From Minisyncoccia bacterium (GTDB lineage Bacteria; Patescibacteriota; Minisyncoccia; UBA6257; GWB1-50-10): a stretch of 41,551 nucleotides of DNA. Below the pieces are notes generated by a model. The model saw nothing but the letters and a program-made list of their open reading frames with translations. It was not told the DNA's origin and did not search any database. Both the position numbers and the translations under genes were made by a program. Shown in pieces: positions 16,541 to 24,970 of the stretch (within the stretch, counting starts at the first letter, position 1; each line of letters starts with the position of its first letter). The DNA lies in contig JBEKSI010000001.1 in NCBI GenBank assembly GCA_049997835.1, positions 1 to 41,551 of the forward strand. The letters are read 5' to 3'.

Positions 16541-16938
16541 GCTTGGTCGGTGCGTTACTGATTGTTCTGGCTTCGGGTTTGATTATTGGTTGGCTTTTGG
16601 AGTTTTTATACAGAAGTTTGGAAAGAGGGAAGATTACAAAACCGTTATTTATCAATGAGCAGATGTATGTATTTACTGCGCTATTTTCATACTTCTTGTA
16701 TGTTATGGATATTCAACTGGTTTTTGTGATTTTATGTCTATTCTTATTTACCACGGGGATTGAATTTATCACGGGATATCTGGCACTGAAATTAGGGGGT
16801 GTCCGTTTGTGGGATTATTCAGAATATCCGTACGATTATAAGGGAATTGTTTGTCTGGAATTTTCCGTCATTTGGCTTGGTATAGCGTTGGTTTATTATT
16901 ATTTCGTTCTTCCTTTTCTTGTTGGGTATATAATATAA
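16537..16938 (+). CDS. Small multi-pass membrane protein (possibly the PF06541-like putative ABC-transporter type IV family)
   Basis: Four hydrophobic segments. The GIEFITGYLALKLGGVRLWDYS pattern gives only a weak family call. Confidence 0.45.
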   Translation: MSLVGALLIVLASGLIIGWLLEFLYRSLERGKITKPLFINEQMYVFTALFSYFLYVMDIQLVFVILCLFLFTTGIEFITGYLALKLGGVRLWDYSEYPYDYKGIVCLEFSVIWLGIALVYYYFVLPFLVGYII

Positions 16939-16942
16939 AAAT

Positions 16943-17833
16943 ATGAGAAGTTTAAAACAGGCTATAAAAAACGCGGAGAAGGGAAAAATCGCGATTGGGC
17001 ATTTTAATATTTCCAATCTGGAACAATTGAAGGCGATTGCGGAGGCGGTGCGGAAATTAAATTTGCCGGTGATTATCGGTGTTTCCGAAGGCGAGCGGGA
17101 ATATATCGGCGTAAATCAGGTGAAAGATTTAATTGACGGGTACAATAAGGAATTTGGAGGCAATTCCGGCTTTTGGCTGTTTTTAAACGCCGACCATACC
17201 CATTCTTTGGATAAAGTGCAAGAAGCGGCGGCGGCAAACTTTGATGAGATTCTTTTTGACGGAGGTAAATTATTGCTTGAAGAAAATATAAAACAAACTA
17301 AACAGGCGCTTAAAATTGCGAAGCCGGGATTAAAACTTTGGAGGAAGAATATTTTAATTGAGGGTGAGCTTGGATATATCGGGAGCGCTTCGGAGATAAG
17401 GAAAGAAATCCCGGAAGGAGCGGCGATAAAGCCGGAGGATCTGACTAAACCGGAAGAAGCCGCTCAGTTTGTAAAAGAAACCGGCGTGGATTTGCTCGCG
17501 CCGGCCGTGGGGAATATACACGGGATGTACGCGAACATATCAGACCCAGCACTGGATATTGAACGCATCCGCGCCATAAAGAAAGCGGTAAAAATACCGC
17601 TGGTGCTCCACGGCGCATCCGGAAATACTGAAAGCGATCTGCTCGCGGCAATTGATGCCGGCATTTCCATAATCCACATTTCCACGGAGCTCCGGGCCGC
17701 TTGGCGCGAGGGTCTGGAAAAGGACTTAAAAGAAAAGCCGGACGAAGTTGCTCCCTATAAACTTACCCCGGACGCGATTAAGAAAACGGAAGAGATTGTT
17801 GAGAGAAAATTAAGATTATTCAATAAATTGTAG
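16943..17833 (+). CDS. fba: Class II fructose-bisphosphate aldolase
   Basis: GHFNISNLEQ, ADHTHS, LVLHGASG and IHISTEL. TATAAT at 16929-16934 lies 8 nt before the ATG. Confidence 0.9.
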   Translation: MRSLKQAIKNAEKGKIAIGHFNISNLEQLKAIAEAVRKLNLPVIIGVSEGEREYIGVNQVKDLIDGYNKEFGGNSGFWLFLNADHTHSLDKVQEAAAANFDEILFDGGKLLLEENIKQTKQALKIAKPGLKLWRKNILIEGELGYIGSASEIRKEIPEGAAIKPEDLTKPEEAAQFVKETGVDLLAPAVGNIHGMYANISDPALDIERIRAIKKAVKIPLVLHGASGNTESDLLAAIDAGISIIHISTELRAAWREGLEKDLKEKPDEVAPYKLTPDAIKKTEEIVERKLRLFNKL

Positions 17834-17845
17834 TTATCTTCATTG

Positions 17846-17879
17846 CTTCAAAATTTATCCATATGGATAAATTTTGAAG
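17846..17879. repeat. 34-bp perfect palindrome, copy 3 (identical to 1456-1489)
   Basis: CTTCAAAATTTATCCATATGGATAAATTTTGAAG lies 12 nt after the fba stop, followed by GCGCCTTTTTC. Confidence 0.95.
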
Positions 17880-17931
17880 GCGCCTTTTTCTTGATTTAAA
17901 ATACGTTTACCCTTAGATTTACTAATCATAT

Positions 17932-18663
17932 ATGGAGTCACAAAATATCAATAAAATAATTTTGGAAGTCCGAGCCGGGACGGGCGGGGACGAGGCCTCG
18001 CTTTTTGCCGGCGACTTGGTGCGGATGTATCAGAAGTATTCCCAGAAAAAAGGATGGAATTTTTCCATTCTTGACGCGAGCGAAAGCGGCGCGAAGGGAT
18101 ATAAAACATTGGTTGCCGAAGTAGCCGGTACGGGAGTTTATGGCGCCTTAAAACAGGAATCCGGCGTGCATCGCGTACAAAGGGTTCCCGAAACTGAGCG
18201 GCAGGGAAGAATTCATACTTCAACGGCCTCAGTCGCGGTTCTGCCGGTCGTGGAGGCGAAAGCGGTGGATATAAAAGACAGCGATTTGGAAGTGACTTTT
18301 TCCCGCGCGGGCGGCCCCGGCGGGCAGAACGTAAATAACGTTGAAACGGCAGTGAGAATCACGCACAAGCCGACGGGTATCGTGGTTTCATGCCGGATGG
18401 AACGTTCACAGCATGCGAATCGCGAAAAGGCGATGGAAATGCTCCGTTCAATACTTTTTAACGAAGCCCAGCGCCAATCGGTTGGTTCTATATCAGAACT
18501 CCGGAACAACCAAATTGGTTCGGGTGACCGTTCCGAAAAGATACGCACTTATAATTTCCCCGATGACCGGATAACGGACCATCGCATTGGAAAAAAGTGG
18601 CACAACATAGAAAAAATTCTTGAGGGAGATTTTGAGCCCATAGTAAAAGCCTTCGCGAAGTAA
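17932..18663 (+). CDS. prfA: Class I peptide chain release factor of RF1 type, lacking N-terminal domain 1
   Basis: [36 protein letters not shown] and [23 protein letters not shown]. Only 243 aa. There is an in-frame TAA three codons upstream of the ATG. Confidence 0.85.
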   Translation: MESQNINKIILEVRAGTGGDEASLFAGDLVRMYQKYSQKKGWNFSILDASESGAKGYKTLVAEVAGTGVYGALKQESGVHRVQRVPETERQGRIHTSTASVAVLPVVEAKAVDIKDSDLEVTFSRAGGPGGQNVNNVETAVRITHKPTGIVVSCRMERSQHANREKAMEMLRSILFNEAQRQSVGSISELRNNQIGSGDRSEKIRTYNFPDDRITDHRIGKKWHNIEKILEGDFEPIVKAFAK

Positions 18664-18746
18664 AGCAAAATCCGGCACTCCCGCTCAGGCTGTCTCCGGG
18701 GCGACGCCCAAGTCTTAGCCTTCGCAAGAGTACCGGATTTTGCTTT
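18662..18746 (-). repeat. Structured intergenic element, copy A
   Basis: A 19-bp outer stem (AAAGCAAAATCCGGCACTC / GAGTACCGGATTTTGCTTT, one C-A that becomes G-U on the minus strand) encloses the core CCGCTCAGGCTGTCTCCGGGGCGACGCCCAAGTCTTAGCCTTCGC. Confidence 0.85.
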
Positions 18747-18767
18747 CTTCTTTCTCCTATTAAAAAA

Positions 18768-18847
18768 GGATTCGGCGAGCCAAGAAAAGTGGGTAAGACC
18801 GAGGCCTTGTTGGCCCGGAGCGCACACTTTTTTGGCTTGCCGAATCC
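18768..18847 (+). repeat. Structured intergenic element, copy E
   Basis: An outer stem of about 23-24 bp (GGATTCGGCGAGCCAAGAAAAGTG / CACTTTTTTGGCTTGCCGAATCC, two G-U pairs) encloses GGTAAGACCGAGGCCTTGTTGGCCCGGAGCGCA. Confidence 0.8.
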
Positions 18848-18858
18848 GTGACCTACCC

Positions 18859-20250
18859 TTACTTCCCGTTCAACGTATCAATATCGTCTTGGAATTTATC
18901 CGCTTGGTCCACGACTGGCTGGCCATACCAAAAGCGATAAGTGTACCAACTCGCGCCTGCGTAATATTTTGCCGCGGCGCAACGCTCAATAAGGGTTTGA
19001 TAGGGAAGGGACGCGGATTTGTTCGCGGTCGCGTAGTTTACGCAGGTTGCGGATTGTTCCAAATCTTTAATGTAAAGGCCGGTTGCCGCGAAGGCATCGG
19101 AATTATTCCACGGGTTGGCTGGGGTATTGCCAGTCACTTTTGAAATAGCGTCGGAATAGAGTTTCCAGGTGGAAGGAATGAATTGGGCCGGACCCATGGC
19201 GCCGCCGTAGGAGCCGTGCTGGTTGGCGCAGGAAACGTAGACGGATTGAGAATCCGGGTCTATTCCAAGTTTGCTTAAAAGATTTAAAAATATGGGCTTG
19301 TCGCGCGTCGGATTCATGGCCGTTTTGTAGGAGCAACGTCCGACATTCTTACCGAGCAACGATTCCCTGTTCAGAATCGCAAGGATGATTGCGGAACGCA
19401 CCCCGGTCGCTCCCTCGGCCAATTTGGCGTAATCATACGCTTTAGCGAAAGTGAGTTCGCCGCCGCCCAGAAGTTCAAAGATGCGGCTTCGGATTTGGGC
19501 CGCCGTAGCTTTATCTTTAGTAAGGATTTTTTGGTATTCCGATTCCTTACCTTTTGTTTCTTTCAGGAGGGTGGTTTTTTGACTTTGTGTATTCTTTAAA
19601 GCTTTCTGCTGGGCCTGCTGGATCGCTTTGAAATTTTCCGTGTCGGTTTTCTCGCTTGAAAGTTCCTGTTTCTGGTCAAGGAGTTGCTGGCGGAGCTTGG
19701 TAATTTCTTCAAGCGAAGTCCGGAGGCCGCCTTGGACTAGCGCGATATCATTCAAGCTTCCGAAGAAATCCGATAGGTTGTTGTTGGAGAGCAGAATCGC
19801 CGTGAGTGTTTCACGATCAGATTCGTAGATTAATCTCAGTGATTTTGATATCGCGTCCTTGTGGGTTGTAATCTGGTCCTCGGTTTGGTTTATCTGCCCT
19901 TGAGTGCTTTTTATTTCTCCGTCCAACTGCGTGATTTCAAGATTAACGGCTTTAATTTGAAGATTTAGTTTGTTGACTTGGGCGTTTAACGTACTTATTT
20001 GACTGCTTAAGGTTTTTCCTTGTTTTTGATATTCGGTAATGGTTGCCTGGTTTTGTTCAATTTGTTTTTCCAAATCCGAAAGCTGCTGTTCCAGAGCGGC
20101 TCTTTCTTCCTGAGCTTTCTGGGCCGCCGAAGGGGTGCTGGTCGCCGTGCTGCTTGAGGTGGAACTTGAGTTGTCGGCTCGCGCGGAATACCCGCCCATT
20201 ATGATTAAACAGAAAGAAAAAAGAGCGATTATTTGCGTAATCCGCTTCAT
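18859..20250 (-). CDS. Secreted coiled-coil protein with a C-terminal lytic transglycosylase-like (SLT_2/MltB-like) domain
   Basis: A signal-like N-terminus and a long Q/E/K/L-rich heptad region. The C-terminal GAMGPAQFIPSTW motif is typical of MltB-type transglycosylases. Confidence 0.6.
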   Translation of the reverse strand: MKRITQIIALFSFCLIIMGGYSARADNSSSTSSSTATSTPSAAQKAQEERAALEQQLSDLEKQIEQNQATITEYQKQGKTLSSQISTLNAQVNKLNLQIKAVNLEITQLDGEIKSTQGQINQTEDQITTHKDAISKSLRLIYESDRETLTAILLSNNNLSDFFGSLNDIALVQGGLRTSLEEITKLRQQLLDQKQELSSEKTDTENFKAIQQAQQKALKNTQSQKTTLLKETKGKESEYQKILTKDKATAAQIRSRIFELLGGGELTFAKAYDYAKLAEGATGVRSAIILAILNRESLLGKNVGRCSYKTAMNPTRDKPIFLNLLSKLGIDPDSQSVYVSCANQHGSYGGAMGPAQFIPSTWKLYSDAISKVTGNTPANPWNNSDAFAATGLYIKDLEQSATCVNYATANKSASLPYQTLIERCAAAKYYAGASWYTYRFWYGQPVVDQADKFQDDIDTLNGK

Positions 20251-20271
20251 TTATATCCATAATAACACAAA

Positions 20272-20303
20272 CCGAGCGCATAACTCTAAAATTATGCGCT
20301 CGG
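20272..20303 (-). terminator. Hairpin between rplY and the downstream minus-strand gene
   Basis: CCGAGCGCATAA (20272-20283) pairs with TTATGCGCTCGG (20292-20303). Confidence 0.55.
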
Positions 20304-20328
20304 TAAGGTTTGATTTATATTAAAATCC

Positions 20329-20970
20329 TTATTTTTTCTCTTCAGTTTTTTCTTCGGCGGCGGGAGTTTCGGTTTCAATTCCGCCTTCAGCCGGGGCCGG
20401 AGCGACCGTGGCTTCGGATTCCTCTTTGGCGGTTTCGGCTATGGTTACGATCGCGGATTCGGCATGCGAAAGGATTTTTACGTTTGGAGTGGCTTTCAGA
20501 TCTTTTACATAGACGCCCTGGCCCGGATTTTCCAGATGGGTAATGTCTATTTCATAGCGGTGAGGGATCTGATTCGGCAGGGCTTCAACGTCTATCTCGT
20601 TCAAAATTTTCATTACCATCAAGCCCTTTTTCACGGCGGGCGCTTCGCCGACCAGTTCAACCGGCACTTTGGTTTGAATTTTTTCGTCCATTCTAATGCG
20701 ATGAAAATCCACCGAAAGAACCACTCCTTTCATGTTGTTAAAATCAACGTCACTTACGATGACGGGAATTTTTTCTCCTTTTTCGTTTACCAGATTTATC
20801 ACCGTGTTTTCCCCGGCTTCTTTGAAGGCCTTTGAAAAATCTTTGGCCGGGATACTAACATGCTCGTTTTTAAAACCATGCCCGAAGATCTCGGCGGGAA
20901 CCAACCCGTCAGCTCTTAATTTTTTGGTTTTTTTTCCGAAAATGAAACGGTTTTGAATTTTCAGTTCCAT
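20329..20970 (-). CDS. rplY: Ribosomal protein L25 / Ctc family
   Basis: GKKTKKLRADGLVPAEIFGHG...VINL...PVIVSDVDFN...VLSVDFHRI, plus an acidic C-terminal tail. Confidence 0.85.
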   Translation of the reverse strand: MELKIQNRFIFGKKTKKLRADGLVPAEIFGHGFKNEHVSIPAKDFSKAFKEAGENTVINLVNEKGEKIPVIVSDVDFNNMKGVVLSVDFHRIRMDEKIQTKVPVELVGEAPAVKKGLMVMKILNEIDVEALPNQIPHRYEIDITHLENPGQGVYVKDLKATPNVKILSHAESAIVTIAETAKEESEATVAPAPAEGGIETETPAAEEKTEEKK

Positions 20971-20972
20971 AT

Positions 20973-21230
20973 TTATTTCTTCTTATTTTTGGAAATCCGG
21001 GTTTTTTTGGCGGATACGGTTTTTACTCCGGCTTTCTCGCGGCGCGCCTTGAATTTTTCCACGCGTCCGGCGGTATCTATCAATTGTTCGCGTCCCGTGT
21101 AGAACGGGTGGCATTTACTGCAGATTTCCACTTTGATTTCGGGTACGGCCGAACCCACGGTAAAAGCATTGCCGCAGGCGCAGGAGACCTTCGTTTTCTC
21201 GTGATATTTAGGATGGATGTCTTTTTTCAT
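20973..21230 (-). CDS. rpmE: Ribosomal protein L31
   Basis: [10 protein letters not shown]...CACGN...[10 protein letters not shown]. Confidence 0.9.
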   Translation of the reverse strand: MKKDIHPKYHEKTKVSCACGNAFTVGSAVPEIKVEICSKCHPFYTGREQLIDTAGRVEKFKARREKAGVKTVSAKKTRISKNKKK

Positions 21231-21267
21231 GAGTTTGTGAGAGTTATAATAGCAAGGCTTTTGGGGA

Positions 21268-21295
21268 TTGACAAGTCGTGGGGGTTTTATATACT
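21268..21295 (+). promoter_or_regulatory. Candidate sigma70-type promoter for the 16S rRNA gene
   Basis: TTGACA (21268-21273), a 16-nt spacer, then TATACT (21290-21295). It lies about 250 nt upstream of the mature 16S 5' end. Confidence 0.5.
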
Positions 21296-21541
21296 TAAAA
21301 CCAATATGGAAGGTTATGCTTAGTTAAAAATTCAGAATAAGTTTTAAGGAGTTTAAAGACATCCGTCGCGAGTTTCTGAGAGAAACCGGAGATTCACGAG
21401 GGATGTTTTGTTCTGAGATGGCCGCGCTGATCGTAATTTGAAAAATCAATATAAACCATACGCATTAAAAATTTTTTTAGTTGTCCTGTTTATTTCTGAA
21501 ACTTTGTACGAGGAACTCGATCGAGGGTTTTTCGTACGGAG

Positions 21542-23025
<1,484 letters not shown>

Positions 23026-23115
23026 TTATTCGATACGCCATTCGGGTGTATAAATTGAGAGGTGTTGGCCGATAAACCTAAAGTCTCGGCTACAGGATGA
23101 CTAAAAAAGTTTTTA

Positions 23116-23267
23116 ATGTCTTTATCTTTGCGCTTTCCGCCACCGGCTGTCGGCGCGCTCCTGCGGCGCGCCGCAGCCTACACTCTCGGCACAAAAGTCC
23201 GACTTTTAGTCGGACACCAAGCTTTTGTGCCTCCGAGAGTTGTCGTCAAACGCAAAGATAAAGACAT
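23116..23267. repeat. 152-nt element with 17-bp perfect terminal inverted repeats and a GC-rich interior holding two hairpins
   Basis: ATGTCTTTATCTTTGCG (23116-23132) pairs with CGCAAAGATAAAGACAT (23251-23267). Inner hairpins are at 23145-23178 and 23182-23240. Confidence 0.85.
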
Positions 23268-23334
23268 CTTATGGAGAAGGACGAAGAATAATTACATTTT
23301 TTGTTTTTTCTCCTATTTTTGTTAATATTTAGGT

Positions 23335-23712
23335 ATGGAAGGGATAAAGAAAATTCTATTGGTTGAAGACGAGCCGATGCTTTCCAATCTGCTCCGTCAG
23401 CGGCTGGAGAGGGAGAATTTCCAGGTTACGACGGCTCACGATGGCGCCGAGGCGGTCAAGATTTTAAAACAGGAAAAACCGGACCTTATTCTTCTGGATA
23501 TCATCCTTCCCAAGATGTCCGGATTTGAGGTGATGGAAGCAATGAGGGGCGATCCTTCCATCCAAGCCGCGCCGGTAGTGGTCGTTTCAAACTTGGGGCA
23601 GGAAAGCGACGTGGAGCACGGGCAGAGCTTGGGGGCGGTTGGATATTTCGTTAAAGCTCAGATGTCCATTGAGGATCTGGTTTCTAAAATAAGAGAGTTT
23701 TTGCTACAATAA
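23335..23712 (+). CDS. Stand-alone response regulator receiver domain (CheY-like)
   Basis: ILLVEDEP, DLILLDIILPKMSGFEV, SNLG and GYFVK. TAATAT at 23323-23328 lies 6 nt before the ATG. Confidence 0.9.
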   Translation: MEGIKKILLVEDEPMLSNLLRQRLERENFQVTTAHDGAEAVKILKQEKPDLILLDIILPKMSGFEVMEAMRGDPSIQAAPVVVVSNLGQESDVEHGQSLGAVGYFVKAQMSIEDLVSKIREFLLQ

Positions 23713-23718
23713 ACGAAT

Positions 23719-24291
23719 ATGAAAAAAGGTTTTACATTAATTGAACTTCTCGTTGTCATCGCAATTCTTGCCGTCTTAGCCACGGCCGTCGTTTTGGTTT
23801 TGAATCCCGCCGAGCTTTTGAAACAGGGGAGGGACTCCACTCGCGTTTCCGACATGGCGGCCTTGAACAGCGCCATATCGCTTTGGACTGCGGATGTTTT
23901 GAATGGCACTTGGGCTGCCAGCACGAAATGCACATCTTCCGTCACCGCGCCAGCCGGGGTTTTCACTACCGCTTGCACTGTATCAACTTCCACCGTTACT
24001 ACCGGCACTGGTTGGGTGGCTTTGAATTTCGGTTCCATTGCCGCCGGTTCGCCTCTTTCAAAATTGCCGATGGATCCGAATAACGGTTCCACGAATTGCA
24101 GTGCTGGCACTCCGGCTGTTTGTGAATACGCGATTAATATGAGCAGCACGACAGGCATTTATAAATTGGCCACCCAAATGGAGAGCGCGAAGTTTCGGGC
24201 GGGCGGTAGCGCGGATGCCACATCCAACACCAAGGACGGAGGCACCAGTGATAGTTGGTACGAGGTTGGAAGCAACCTGACGGCGTGGTAA
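23719..24291 (+). CDS. Type IV pilin-like protein (prepilin N-terminal methylation motif), paralog 1
   Basis: MKKGFTLIELLVVIAILAVLA. TGcTACAAT at 23702-23710 lies 8 nt before the ATG. Confidence 0.9.
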   Translation: MKKGFTLIELLVVIAILAVLATAVVLVLNPAELLKQGRDSTRVSDMAALNSAISLWTADVLNGTWAASTKCTSSVTAPAGVFTTACTVSTSTVTTGTGWVALNFGSIAAGSPLSKLPMDPNNGSTNCSAGTPAVCEYAINMSSTTGIYKLATQMESAKFRAGGSADATSNTKDGGTSDSWYEVGSNLTAW

Positions 24292-24330
24292 TTTAACCTC
24301 ATTTTAAGTAGTTGTGGTATAATTAAAAAA

Positions 24331-24906
24331 ATGAAAAAGGGTTTTACCCTCATTGAACTTTTGGTCGTCATCGCGATTCTTGCCGTCTTAGCCACGGCCG
24401 TCGTTTTGGTTTTGAATCCCGCCGAGCTTTTGAAACAGGGTAGGGATGCCACCCGCATTTCCGACTTGGCGGCTCTAAACAGCGCTATCTCTCTTTGGGT
24501 TTCGGATGTAATCGCCGCGACCAATTGGAGCAGCGCTGCCGGTTTGCATTGCACCTATGATGCCACTCACCCGAACGCTTTTTCCGGCGCTTCCGCTTGC
24601 TCCGTTATCGCATCCACAACCGTAGATGGAACCGGCTGGGTGGCCTTGGACTTCAGATTAATTGCCGCCGGTTCGCCTCTTTCAAAATTGCCGATGGATC
24701 CGAATAACGGCGCTTCAGCGTGCAATAAGGGCTCTCCGGCTGTCTGCGAATACGCGATTAACGTAAGCAGCACGGTCGGCACTTATAAGTTGGCCACGCA
24801 GATGGAGAGCGTTAAATTTAATACCGGGGGGGGTTCCGATGTAACCTCCAAAGACGGCGGCACGGATGCGAACTGGTATGAAGTCGGAAGCAACATGAGC
24901 TTATAA
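24331..24906 (+). CDS. Type IV pilin-like protein, paralog 2
   Basis: It has the same N-terminus as paralog 1 and shares 65-nt and 50-nt identical DNA blocks with it. TGgTATAAT at 24315-24323 lies 7 nt before the ATG. Confidence 0.9.
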   Translation: MKKGFTLIELLVVIAILAVLATAVVLVLNPAELLKQGRDATRISDLAALNSAISLWVSDVIAATNWSSAAGLHCTYDATHPNAFSGASACSVIASTTVDGTGWVALDFRLIAAGSPLSKLPMDPNNGASACNKGSPAVCEYAINVSSTVGTYKLATQMESVKFNTGGGSDVTSKDGGTDANWYEVGSNMSL

Positions 24907-24922
24907 TATGTTTTTGAGAATG

Positions 24923-24947
24923 CCCCGATAGCTCGGGGTATTTTTTA
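24923..24947 (+). terminator. Intrinsic terminator after the pilin genes
   Basis: CCCCGA-tagc-TCGGGG followed by TATTTTTT. Confidence 0.75.
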
Positions 24948-24970
24948 TTCATATCCGTTATAATTAGATT

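Noticed and set aside
17834-17931. Programmed +1 frameshift or a hidden upstream exon that could supply the missing N-terminal domain of the release factor.
   Set aside because: The protein is RF1-like (PxT region) rather than RF2. Only 98 nt lie between fba and the ATG, and these are occupied by the palindrome and a promoter-like sequence. An in-frame TAA lies three codons upstream.
23230-23234. The CCTCC downstream of the 16S as a displaced anti-SD after an intervening sequence.
   Set aside because: Its context (GTGCCTCCGAGAG) does not resemble GATCACCTCCTTA. It is base-paired within the 23182-23240 hairpin of the inverted-repeat element.
23116-23325. 69-aa ORF downstream of the 16S.
   Set aside because: It coincides with the 152-nt inverted-repeat structure. 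Its Arg/Ala/Pro-rich translation is a by-product of GC-rich symmetry, and it has no start signal.
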